From contig JAYWIR010000006.1 in NCBI GenBank assembly GCA_036172245.1, positions 1,860,001 to 1,924,000 of the forward strand: a stretch of 64,000 nt of DNA, read 5' to 3'. Position 1 is the stretch's first letter, and each line of letters starts with the position of its first letter. The DNA is from Raillietiella orientalis (Eukaryota). Below the pieces are notes generated by a model. The model did no database searches and was not told the DNA's origin. It saw only the letters and a program-made list of their open reading frames with translations. Made by a program: the position numbers and the translations under genes. Below, in pieces: positions 47,953-59,725 of this stretch.

Positions 47953-48571
47953 CACTGGGACACTGGGGAGTGTGGATGCCAATTGTGCAGGGTGCGGGGA
48001 AAGGGAAACCTTCCTCCACCTCCTCATCGAGTGTGTCGCCCTCCGCCCCATGTGGGATCGACTCTCGTCGATTGTGAACATTCCGGTGGGCGACCCAAAA
48101 GACATTTTCCATCGCCTCCTGATGCGGAACGCCCTGCCAGCAGCCGCGTGTGTTGCAGTTCTTTGCTGCATACGCGGAATCCTAGAGAAGTGGACTGCGT
48201 CGAGGAGAGGACACTAAAGCCGGGATGCAATTCATTGGGCAGTCATCTCCATGGAGAAGGCTTCCCGATGGCGCCGGTTGAGAAAACATTTACCAACAGT
48301 TGTCCGCATCCAAAACCGGATCAGAGGCCTTCTCGCGGCGTACCGTGATCCCTTCCCTCCCCATAAGACTTTGTCACCCCGGCGTTTTTGTTTTTTGTTC
48401 TTTTTTTTTCCCGGTTTTCCCGTCCCCTTCGTCCGTGTAGAGGACCTCACCGGCCTGCGGGTCTGGGAGGACAAGGCAATCAGAACTTATGTGTTCTGAC
48501 TAAAAACACTACAAAAAAGACCAGAAAAATTACTGTGAAATTTTAATAATAAAAGCTCCGGTTTATCCGGC
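47953..48571 (+). mobile_element. Short 5'-truncated L1/Tx1-clade copy (copy B), directly downstream of copy A
   Basis: Reads SVDANCAGCGERETFLHLLIECVALRPMWDR...LCCIRGI, followed by the shared 3' UTR, AATAAA (~48548) and a CCGG-TTTAT-CCGG hairpin. Confidence 0.9.
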
Positions 48572-49080
48572 ACTGTACGCATAGAAGGGCATGATCATGA
48601 AGAACAAGATGGCCCTCGAAGCACCTACGAAGCGTCAGCATGACAGCGGCGGTACCAATGAAGGATGGCGGTCAGGAGTGGCGGAGTGAACATTGGAGAT
48701 GGAGCTAGAGACGGACACCAAACTGGTGTTCATCACGTGTCGGGGTTCAGGACTCTACGTTTCCCTCGTCTGCGACCTCTCGAAAGGATTCGCCGCGAGG
48801 AGAGTTCGGAGTGATCAAACGGAATGGAGAATTCTCCGTGGCATCGTCAAACGGAGCGAGAAACGAGCTTTTTCCCTTTCTTCCTTCCTTTTTTGGAACA
48901 CCTCCGCGAATATTTCTCTCTCGTTTGCTTGGAAAGGAAGTGTTTGCACGCCGATAACGTGGATGCAAATGGAGTCCGCTCCTCCTGGTGGGATGCGATC
49001 TCCTCGAAATCCGATTACGAATTGATTAGGCGGAGTGAGAAACTCCTCCAACAGGGAAGCCTTTGTCGTTTCTCGAGGCA

Positions 49081-49320
49081 CTCTCTCTTCCCGTCCTCCT
49101 CCCTTCTTTCTTCTCCTTTCTTCTTCCTCCTCCTCCCCCTCCCTTTCTCCTTCTCCTTTTCCTCCCTTTCTCCATCTTTCTTCTTCCCTTTCTTCTCCTC
49201 CCTTTCTCCTCCTTCTTCCTCTTCCCTTTTTTCTCCTCTTCCTTCCTCTTCCTCCTCCTTCCTCTCCTTTTCCTCTTTCTCCTTTCCTCCTCCTCCTCCT
49301 TCCTCCTCCTCTCCTCTTTT
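49081..49320 (+). repeat. Homopyrimidine (CCT/CTT/CT) low-complexity tract, 240 nt
   Basis: Only two purines (49093 and 49174) in 240 nt. Confidence 0.97.
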
Positions 49321-50157
49321 AAACAGAAACACCGGTCGAACCACAACGGAACAAACGAAAAATTTATTACAAAGGTAATAATTCTTAGAGAAGTCTCCCA
49401 TGTGGAATCGGAAGCTTCCTCGAGGTGTTCTGGAAGCAGCAGTTGTTGCCTCGGGAGCGGGGCTGAATACCCAGATGGCAGTTTCGGAAATCGAGGAAGG
49501 ATTACGCTGAGAATCCTCCCGAAAATTCATTCTCTTCGGATTAGAGCTGGATGGATGGCACGCAGGAATAGGATGTGACGTCTCAGCGTGAAGCCAATAC
49601 GACTGTCTTCTCGGCGTGAGTCGAAAATCGGCCTCCAGTGGCACCTAGAACTAGAAGAGGTTGTGCCATCGTGAGTTCCGAGGAATCCTCCCGATGTCGG
49701 AAAGGCCCTGCTTCCCGTTCGTATGGAGCGGAGAGCCACGCCCAGTGCGTGAGCGGAGGCGTCAAATGCGCTCCTCTGAGCGCAGCCCCAGCAGACGCCC
49801 TTCGAGAAAATAAGCAAAAAACCGAGGCGCGCTTTCTTTTGCTTTTAAGGACTTGTCGGCGTGGACGCCAAACTACGGCCACCCCATGTGCACGCTTTCG
49901 GCTCCTCTCAAGCATCCACATAATTTCGTCGTCATGTTAACCACCCTTTTCAATCCGCTCTTTCGGGAGCCGCCATTTCTCTCCGTGCCAACTCTGCCCT
50001 CCGTTCCGAGTGAGCCAGCCAAACCAAATGCAATCCAGTTATGCATTTCATTTCTCGAAATCTGTCGAGATCAGTGATGATGAGAACAGCCCAGGAAGAA
50101 GCTCCACACGTCCCCTCCCCCTTTCCCTCAAAAAAAATTTGAAAGAAAAAAAAACTC

Positions 50158-50260
50158 CTGCATTGGCGGACGTGTGGCCACGGCGTCCGTGCACAGTGCC
50201 GCGCGTTGCGGGTTGGAATCCTCGTAAGCTATGGACGCGAGGTGGACGAATCGGTGGATT
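50158..50260 (+). repeat. Dispersed repeat family R, degraded tRNA-like box segment
   Basis: TTGGCGGACGTGTGGC...GTTGCGGGTTGGAATCC...ATGGACGCGAGG resembles the A/B-box region of the other copies. Confidence 0.5.
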
Positions 50261-51957
50261 CCGAGTGATTTATCCCGCGTGGTGACGCTGACCTCAGGCT
50301 GTTTCAGCTGTGCACCGGTAGGACGCGCTCGTGTCCACGGCCGTTCGACTAACCGTGAAGTGGAAAGGGCCTCTCATCTTCACGCGGGCCTCTGAGCTCT
50401 ATCCCGTGTGGGGGCGCTGTCGAGACGCTATGATGTCCCCACGGCTCTTGGAAACCTAGTGCTCCCCTCTCCCTCCAGGTAAAAAAAAAAACGGAAAAGA
50501 ATAAGTTAAGGAAAGATCTGGAAGGACGTGGGAAGCGGCGGAAACGAATCATCTTCAGCTAACGACCCGAATAGTCAACGATCCGTTCCTCAGTTCGCTA
50601 CCGGCCTTCTTCTTCGAAGAAAAAAAAAAAAGGAAAGAAGAAAAAAAAAAAACTCGAAACTCCAGGAAACTCGAGACTTTTTTTGCTGGGTACCGAGTTG
50701 TATCCGTGCGCGCTTTCTCCGAATTTGTGTTGACTTTTGCCCGCCGTTCATCGATCACGTCTGGAAACGTCAAATTCTGTGCTTCTTCTCTCATCCCGAG
50801 TCCAGCGCTGCATCCAATCGCTTCCGCGTTGCTCGCAATGCGCGCTGCCCTTTCCGGGATCCGCAGCGTCGCTGCCACATGAGGGCGTGGAATGCAGTCA
50901 GCAAGCTGCTGGTCCGGGAGGCTCTCATCACCAGCACACAAGATTGCACTCCACGGTGACTTCATCGAAAAATCGATTAGAATGTATCCCTGTCAACCAC
51001 TCTCAGCGATCTGGATCAGTGATCGCGACAAGGACCTTCCTGAGAAGAACAGCTCCTCGTGGAAGATGCGGGAAACGAAATTTCACTGGTTTCCTCTTCG
51101 ATGGGGCATCTGGGATGTGTAATTCTTACACGTGGTTCACTGAAGCATCTGTACACCTGTACACTTGCGCTTTTATTCACTAATTCACTTTCGGGAACGT
51201 GAACCCATCATCCCATCCTTACACACTGACTGGTTTTCCCTGATAGGTGCACAGAGGAAGTATTAAATAAGGTGATCTTTGAATCTTAGCATGGGAAGAT
51301 GCCAGCCCAATCCAAAGATCATCCATACAACATCGTCTTCGTGGAAGTCTCTTGAAATGCGTTCGAGCTTCAAGGAGCGGCACTCCATTCCTCCTCTCAG
51401 AGTCGAAGGACTGCGCGTACACTCTGGCGGGAAGAAAATCTCAGAAGCACAAAATGGTAAAGGGACTGATCTGAAAGGTTGGCGTGACTGACTCCTGTGA
51501 AAGTTGCAGCAGTTCCCCCCCACTCCACCCCCTGAAAATTTTTCGGAGCATCCGGAACCCCGTGCTGCTCTTCCAATTTTCCAGACCCTCTGAGGTGAGT
51601 AGGTACGGGAGATCGGCACGTTGCAGATCGCGTTCTTCATGCTAGATGTGTTCCGTGGAAATTCTAGCTGAGCTACTGTGCACGGCATGCTGCACCATCC
51701 AAGACAGCGCTCCTCCCGGACGACGTAAACGCATCATGACCAAGCAGCACCTGAACTTTGCAGGATTAGGGGACCCATAATCGGCGCGCATCCAGGACCG
51801 GCATTGACCCTCCTGTTCCGTTCCAGAAGTGCTTGCAAAAGACTTGAGGGAAACTTGCTTCGCTTCGTCCGCAGAACCTCTCTTTCGGAGTATGGTAAGG
51901 GATCCTGGTCCCACATTTAAGGATTGAGCCACTTTAAATCGGCACGAAAGTGAACTC

Positions 51958-52400
51958 TGCAGTGCGGCAGACCACTATATAACGCGGATTCGCACAACAC
52001 GCCAGAAGAAAAAATGGCGGCCTCCCTCGTATTACGCGGTAAGTCGGTCCCGTGCGATGCCGTGGAAACATTTCAGTTTTTCAGCACAGTGTCGGTACAG
52101 CTGTGTTCGATCAGAACACGAATTTGAGCAAGTTTTATTGCTGAGCGTACTGGTGCAGCCGAAAGTATAGTGTTGATTGACTTGGTTCATTACAGCACTC
52201 TGAACGCTCTTTTGCTTTAAATTAAACAAACACCTCTTATTTTTTCCTGTTTGTTTTGAAGTGAAACAGTAATTATCCTGTTGTGGCAATGTATAAGATA
52301 CATTTTTCACCTGTTATAAACACTCCTTTATTTATGCATAACCCATAGGGCTCGTACAACACGGATCTCATCGCCCGCATTTTACTAGGGCCTATTATAG
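51958..52400. mobile_element. Probable Tc1/mariner-pogo (Tigger-like) MITE remnant, AT-rich
   Basis: Starts CAGT...ACCACTATATAACGCGGATTCGCACAACACG, with repeated TAT(A/T)ACGCGG and TACAACACGG subterminal-type motifs (about 52030 and 52355) around an AT-rich interior. A second TIR was not found. Confidence 0.4.
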
Positions 52401-52589
52401 TTTCTTGTTTTTCTATTCTCACCACATGCCGTAATCTACATGAAGAGATCAGGCTCGTGGAACTTCGGTTTCGGGTGGTGGATTCCCCGTGATTCGCCGG
52501 GGTCAAGTCAGCGGCCTGATCTCTCCCCGACTTCTCCGACGGCGCTGTTCCTTCGGGGTCTGTGCAGCTTCCGATGAGTGGCTTCAGGA

Positions 52590-53500
52590 ACGCGACTCCG
52601 GGTGCCTGCCTGCCATCCACCGAGATCGGAGGCCGGATTCGCCTCCCCTGCGAAGATGGCTTAGCGCAGCGAAGTTGAGAGAACATGTTTCCGTTTGCAT
52701 TGGCTCCAGGGAGGCTGCACGCTCTTTCAATAAATGTCGAGACATTTCGGAGTTCCATGTGCACTTGCAAGTAGACTTTTCCGAAGCTTCGAGGGCCGCC
52801 GCCGGTCCTTGAGATCGGCACTCGCTCGAGAAGGAAAGTCGTGGGTCTCAAAGTCGCAGACGAAATTCCCACTGCGTTCCCCTGCCGGCTGGCTTTGAGC
52901 GGACATGTGTGTGTTTGTGACCTTGAGTTTTCTATTCGTCTCCTTTACTTCAAGGCGTGGAGACATCCATCATCCACTTCTGCAACTATCCGGAAGTTTA
53001 CTGCGGCTTGAGAGTGACGACCTGCCGAACGACCTGGAAACCTGGAACCCGAAAATTTTTAGCTTCGCGACATCCGATCAACGTTCGAAGTAAAACCCTC
53101 CGAGCTGGTTCGAAGAGGAAAATTGCACCAGCGAAGCGAGAGTGAGATCTTCTACGGGCCATCGGAGGTCGCAGGCTGCGAGGGCTCACTTTCTGGCGCG
53201 AAAGAATGTTCCTTCGACTGCTCACGAACGGACTCGGGAGACCACGGAAGTTTCTAGGATTCGACTTTATTCTTTGAAGAGTTACCCGGGCAAAGGGTAA
53301 CCCCTCGAAGGAAAAATGGAAATTTGTCTCTTTTCCTCTTTAGGAATCGAGCTTGAGAAAGGCATGGGGTTCTGCTTCCGGGTAGTCTCTCTTCCTGTCG
53401 CTCCGGCAGCCCAAGAAGCAGCTCAAGGAAAACTTGAAAAAAGGAAAAGGATGGAAAATCCAGAGCAACCATCTTTTCGGTCCGTATTGCTAGGGGGAAC
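52590..53500 (+). repeat. Dispersed repeat family R, old and highly diverged copy (tentative)
   Basis: Colinear weak blocks: GGCTTCAGG..CCGGGTGCC..GAGATCGGAGGCCGG, CCCTCGAAGGAAAAATGGAA, and an A tract followed by GGAAAATCCAGAG..TCCGTATTGCT. Confidence 0.35.
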
Positions 53501-54696
53501 TTGAGGATGCTTTTATCTGTTTCCAAGGGTCCTTCTGACTGCGAGGAGACTGCATTTGTCTTCCCTCAGGAGCGCGAACACGTTGGCTGTGACGCTTTCG
53601 GTTCCTTGCTGTCCTCCTCCGCTCCTCGACTTCTTCGAAAAGCCGAAGCTTCAAACATGCGTTCTGCTGGCACCCGCCGCATCAAGCACGAACAGGAAGC
53701 AAGGGAACTGCTCCTTTCGTGCCTCGAACTGCCGACATGGAAAACGCATGGCTAACGAGACGGCCTTCCTCTTTTCGAGTGCCTTCCGGATATGCAGCTC
53801 GTTGAAATGATGTCTCACGTGCTTCGCAAGAACACAAATCTGTCGGTTTCACGCATGCCCGGAAGTGGCGTATCCATGGCAGCCGTTTTCCGACGCAACG
53901 CCGCGTTGGCCAGGGACGGGAAGGTTGCCTAAGCAGCTGCGTTCACCCATGGGTGGCTTCGTGCTTACCCCTCCCTTCAAGTGCTTCCGCGGACACACAG
54001 CTCGACCTTTACAGCTCCGGAAGCGGGACCTGTTGCCTTCCAGCCAAGAAAAGTTTAGGGAGGCAGAGGGAGGAGGCAGACGAATTCACTTCGGGATCGG
54101 AAAGCACGTCCGTCCTGTTTAGTCTCCTTTCCGGTTCGACGCCTACGTTTGCAGGTTCCTCGAACAGCTTCTATTAAGGAGTGTCCCCAGTCTACCAAGG
54201 GAGGGGTAAATTTATTTACTCTTCTCAAATTTGTAATCTCAAATTGCCCTGAGTGTCTACAAAATTCCTCTATTGGAGGAGTCGAAGCCCCTATACCCAG
54301 CTCTTACGTCTCTGTTAGGCCTTCCACTCGTTTACGCAACATCTTTTATTTTTTTCAGGTTGTAATAGTAGGTCCAGGCAGATACTCTTCTCCGTTTCTC
54401 TTTGAAATACTCCTCTTAGAATGATGACGGAGGGGTACTTGGACACTGATATTCCTCCTCTCCGCTCTTCTTCGAACATTCCCCCAAAGATCTCCGTTTC
54501 CATTTTCTTCTGCAGGTCAATCAACACCTTCAGCGTGGTCCAGTGCTGGAGCAGCTTCGGAGCAGGTGAAAACGTGGAGCTGTGTTTCTCTGCTCCCAGA
54601 GGCTTTGCTAGCTATTACTTGTCCAATGTTTCAGTCGGGAGCACTAAGGATGTCTCCGTGGTAACACATCAGGAGTTCATCCTGACTATCCGGTGG

Positions 54697-57490
54697 TTTA
54701 TCACCCGGATTTCCCGAGGCATTTATTATACAAATAATAGAAACACAATTAAATGTTCCTGTGGTGAACCGCCTGGTTCACCACGTCATTGCAACTTGTC
54801 AGCCACCGGTCTGAAGACTAGCGAGGTCCGTTCCTGAGGCGAAGGGGAAGGGAAGACCACAACCAAAAGGAAACAAAAACAAGTGAAAACAGAAGGGGAT
54901 AGGGGAGGGGGGAAGGATCACGGTTGCTGGGAGTTCGCGCTATGTGCTGTTCAGGATGCCAACAAGTTGCGTTCTCACATTGACCAGGTAAGAACATCTA
55001 GATGCGGTCTTTAAAAAGATCCGTGTCCAGTGAATGCCATTGTGGCCTCTCCTCGTTTCGTTTCAGGATGCCTCGATTCCGAAAATGCGGCAGAGAACTG
55101 CTAAGACCACGGACAGGGGCAGAGCGGCATGCATGAAGAGGTGCCCAAAAATCCCTGGGGTCGGCTTCGGGAATATCAAGGATCGTCGACGGACGATCCC
55201 AGAGAAGTCGGAGGGCGTCACAGTCCAGCAGGAGGTGCAGCAAAGTCTCTTTGTGGCCTCATCTTTCGCAGCGGGCATCCACGCTAGCTCGTGTCCAGTG
55301 AGAGAAGCGTGCTTTGCATGGCATTCCTCAATGCAATGGTGGTAAATCGCTCCCATATAATGTTGTGCCAATCGCCAACAGGGTTACGTTGCGGATCCCT
55401 TAGAGGTTGGCGGCCTTGTCCAGAGAGTCGTCTTGGTTCATATGTTTATTCATTTCCTCACGGATGTTGTTGTCTCTGGTGATCAGGTGCCACGCTCTGG
55501 ATGCTTCCATAGTTCGCGAATCTTGGGGTTGAACCTTCCATTGATTTTCTTGATGTAGGGGTACAGTCACGGTCTGTGGCCGTTGCCACTCTTGGCGAGT
55601 CGTTCGCAACCACCAATCTTCATTCGTGGCCGTTGGATCCCTTGAGGGACCCTGAGGAAATAAGAAATCACCATGGCCAGTTTCTCCTGCCACAGTTCTT
55701 TTATTTCGAGGCACCATCTAGAATTTGTGATTCATCACCAGCGCCTGTTTCCTCTCCCATGTAGGGTTCTTCCAGTCCCCGTGTCTGCATATTAAGGCTA
55801 ACATCAGGCCTCTCGAGTTGTTCGAGCCAACTTTGCGTAAGCCGTGCGTGCCACAGAAGGTCATTCGTCCCATTTTTGGTGAGATCCAGGAGTTGCCACG
55901 AGTGCACGCCCTCCAAGGCTTCGATCTGATACCGGGATGAAGTTGCCGTACTTCATCTTGTATCACCTTCCTCTCGTGGCTTGTGTTCTCTCCAGAAGAT
56001 CTTCCTTTGAGCTACTCCAGTTCCACCCTCCTTTTCTTATCTAGTCGATAGAAGGTCGCTCCCAAGAGCACTCTACTCCACAAGTTGATCCTCTGCTCCA
56101 TGCTGAAGTCCACGCAGATGTGCTTTGCTGCTCCTTCGGGCTTTTCCTAGGATTTCTGTCCACAATATTTGCGAAACAGAGGCTTTTCCGACGCGATTCC
56201 CAGGTACTCAACTTCAACTACTACCCGAAAACCTTTTTCCATTAGTGGGGAGGAAAGATCCAGGTTTTCGATTAGCAACAGTTGGGACCTCTAGGAGTCG
56301 ATTTTCAGGTCCAGTCCTTCTTTTATTGACTTGACCACTTCCAGAAATGCGTGCTGATCCTTCTTGTCTTTTAGGAGAAAGAGAAGGTCATCCGCATATG
56401 CTAGATGGGTCAAGTGGTCGTCTCCGATTGTGAATCCTTCGAGGCGGACTTTTCGGCCGACAATCGACGACTCAGCTTCCATATAAATGACGAACAGTAT
56501 CGGACTCAGGGAGTCTCCTTGACGGACGCCCTTTTCTGTTCGGATTGTCTTCATCTTGTGTCCGTTGATTCGGATTTTGAAGTGCGCGTTTCTGAATGTC
56601 ATCTGCACGTACTCCAGGAAGTACCGTGGGAAGTTTATCTTTTCCAAGATTCGCATCAGCATTCCGAGATCCATAGTATCGAATGCCTGTTCCTCGTTGT
56701 GGAGGCCATCGACAGGTTGTCACTAACTTACTGACTGTAGCAGATGGTGGTCTCAGAGTGCTTCACGCTATGAGACGTGAGCTGTACAGCCACGGTGCAC
56801 GTCTGTGTTGCCAAAATCAACAAAGGTGAGACCTTCATCAGGCGGTTGGCTCAGATTTGTTGCCAGCCATTTGACATCCGCGTTCAAGATGGAGATGGGC
56901 CACCACTGCGTGAATTTCTGGAAATCGCCACTCTTCGGCAGGAGCCACATCCCTTCTTTCGCGAAGCTACTCCGGGAGCTTTCCTTCCCTTCGATGGCCA
57001 GTTCGTTGGAAAGGCGCAGGTAGGCGTGCAGTACCTCTGGTAGTGCGAAATGGGAACACTGTCGCAGTACCGCGAATGCTTCTTTGACCTCCTCAAGGGA
57101 GCTGTCCACGTTCCAGTTCTTTCTGTGCACATGCAAGTGTTTTCGTTGCAGTTTTCTTTTTTTTCGTCGCAGGATAGTCTGCTGCTCTATTGAGCACAGG
57201 TATTGACGTCGGATGGAGGAGGCGCAATGGTCTCGAAACGCTTCCGTGATCCCTTCTGGGGTGTGCTGAACCTTCCGTCCAAAGATATCGGCTGCGACAC
57301 GCTTGTTTTCCTGCGTACCGATTTTTGCAACGTTGCAAAAGACGTAGCGCCTCTCGTACTGTTCCCAGTATCTTGAGAGAGAGTGATCTTCGAAGCTGAC
57401 TCTCAGTGCGCTTCCTGCATAATTTTCCTGCTCCAAACTACAGGTTGTTGCAGAACACATGGATCGTATGCTCCAGCTTGTCCCAATTGT
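54697..57490 (-). mobile_element. L1/Tx1-clade non-LTR retrotransposon (copy D), 5'-truncated, with a recognisable RT and many disablements
   Basis: Contains LLPKSGD...WWPISILNADVK (56768-57550 ORF), INGHKMKTIRTEKGVRQGDSLSPILF and LAYADDLLF (56291-56674), and LLHLLLDCDALRLLWDR (54998-55243). The 3' UTR has AATAAA (reverse complement at 54722-54727) and a terminal hairpin. Confidence 0.95.
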
Positions 57491-57505
57491 CGATGTAGCG
57501 GCTGG

Positions 57506-58480
57506 TTTAACACCAGGGTGAGCCAAGGCGTTCATTATAAAAACAAACAAACATGTGTAGGGCCATCAGCCCAACAACGTCCGAAAGAGTTCGTAACCTG
57601 ACGAGTACCCGGCATGCAGGCGGGCGAGGTTCGCCTCGGCAGCAAAGAGGGAAGAGGCAAACAAAAAGACACTGTATACAAAAAAAAGGGAAGGTTAGGG
57701 AAGGGGTCACATTCCTCTGGAAGCCGTTCTCTGCACCCTTTCCAGGATGCCGGCAAGTTCCTTCTGATTATGTCCCAGATCGAGACATCTTGCTTTTGTC
57801 CTCAGGAAGCGCAGGGTGAAGCAGATGGCGTTCCTCAAGTGCCGTCCTCCTCTCGCGTAGCTCCAGGCTACCACAATCCCGCGTAGACAGCAAAGAGCTG
57901 ATAGGGATGCGGCGGGTGAAAGAGCGTCGCTCACGAAGAAGCGTTTTAATATGTCCTTGGAATTGTCCGTCGGTGCACCAAGGGCCATTGCGAATCGCAA
58001 CCACAGGGGTCGGAGGACAGCAAAGTCAACGAGCAGATGCGGGAGCAATACTTCCTTCACCTGCAGCAATTGGGATCCACAGTCCACCATGTCCAGTGAG
58101 ATCACACCGGAGGACTCAGTGCAACAGCAGAACTACCGACTCCTGCCACTTCAGGGGGAGGATCCAGTTGCTCTTCAGAGCTGTCCATTCCTTCTTTAAC
58201 TCTGGGGGCCACTCGAGGAATTCCAGCGGGACTCCTAGAAACTCATCCCATCGGTGAGCTTCCCCATGGTGCAACCACCTAACGCAGCGGATGGCGGTGT
58301 CCCACAGGATCGTCTCGACGAGTTGATGGTGGCTGGGAAGTGTTTCGAACCAGAAGGGCACAGTAAATGGTGCTGCCCTAGTGCCTGTTTGCTTTCGAGG
58401 TCTCGCAGTTTACAGAGTGAGCCGCGTCCAGGAAATGGTCCACGTGAGGCAGAATCCCTGGATGCGGATGGCGACTAACA
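57506..58480 (-). mobile_element. 5'-truncated L1/Tx1-clade copy (copy E), abutting the 5' end of copy D
   Basis: Reads RWDEFLGVPLEFLEWPP...LKWQESVVLLLH and LPHLLVDFAVLRPLW...LCCLRGIVVAWS...LAGILER, closely matching copy A. Has the shared 3' UTR and terminal hairpin. Confidence 0.92.
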
Positions 58481-58521
58481 GATTGTCTTACGGCAAGCAG
58501 TTAGCCAGAGCAGTCCGAACT

Positions 58522-59725
58522 CGTCGGAAAGCTGGCGATACGACGTTCTGCCTCTGGCATCGGACCGCTAGGAAATGGTGTCAGGGCACTAAGGACCTTG
58601 TATGAAGAAGGAACAGCCCTGTTCGATTGTCCACGCGTTTTTCTTCTCGGCATCCATCGGAAGAGGCGAGGAGAAACGAGCGAGGCGCCGGTGGTTTCTG
58701 TAGCGCTGGTGCGCGTGCCGGAGAACCATATTTCCGGCGGGAAGCAAAATTCCTGCTAGAGACGACGGTGGGACACACTCGACAGCGTCAAGCCACGTGA
58801 CATGGGGACCGCACGTTCCAAAGCGACCATAGAGTTTGTCCTTTTGTGTGCGCCCGCTTCTGCTTTCCAAAGACGTACCCATGGCCCGCGTTGGCGACCC
58901 CACGTGGCTGCTGTTTCGACGCGTGGTGTCAAACTTCGTGGGTTCGAATCCCCGCGTGGAACATCGACGCCGAGACATGGGTGCGCCATGGGTTTCGAAT
59001 CCTCCCCGCAGCACGAGGCTGGTTGCCCCGCGGACTTCGGGTGCAGCACTGGTGAAAGCCGGATGCCCCCGTTGACTGGCAGGGATCGGAAGTCGGCCCT
59101 ACGGGATCCTTCCAGGAATCACGGAGCCCGTTTCCTTTGTGGTTCCCTTCCGGTTGTGAAAAGGCCGTGGTTCCCCACTCTCACAAGGAACCTTCCATCG
59201 CGTATTATGGAACCGGTTGATACCCCCTTCAGAGGGTTTGCTCTCCAGAATGTAAGAAGCTCTCTGCTCCCTTCGGGGGGCGCTCCTTAGAGAAATTTGG
59301 AAGCGACTCTTCGGGGTTCTCTTCAGAGGAGGAAACCAGGAGCGGATCCTTTCCGGATTCCCTCCGGAGAAGAAGTTTCAGGAGCGACCTCCTCCAGGAG
59401 ACCTTCCGAAGAGATTAAGGAAGAGTTCTCTTTGGGGCTCCTTTTGAGGACAACCAGGCTGGAAGGTTCTATTCAGGGTTCCCCTACCAAGCGTAAACGG
59501 AACGGACTTTTTCCTGGGGATCATATGGTAGTCTCTTTGGGATCACTTTATAGCTCCAACGCACCCTCGGCTGGTGTGTACAGCGTTTAAAGAGCTTCTA
59601 AGGAGGTGAACAGTCGTCAGCACTTCGCCAATCAAAAAAAACAAAACACAGAAAAAAGAAAACGGAAAGAAAACAAAAAACCTCAAAAGAATTTCCATTT
59701 TTCATCCGTGGTTGCTGCGGTATAA
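58522..59725 (+). repeat. Dispersed repeat family R, copy whose core is nearly identical to 42380-43213
   Basis: Same sequence at offset +16176, and the six-frame ORFs of 141, 97, 162, 79 and 69 aa are identical in both copies. The 3' part diverges but keeps CAGCGTTTAAAG and an A tract. Confidence 0.92.

Noticed and set aside
48824..49644. Long ORFs rich in S/F/P/L or E/K/R/G
   Set aside because: These are artefacts of translating the homopyrimidine tract.
42345..59430. One 17-kb LTR retrotransposon bounded by the two direct repeats
   Set aside because: No TG...CA ends, PBS, PPT or TSD seen. The interior holds non-LTR fragments in both orientations rather than gag-pol, and the repeat family occurs elsewhere in the window.
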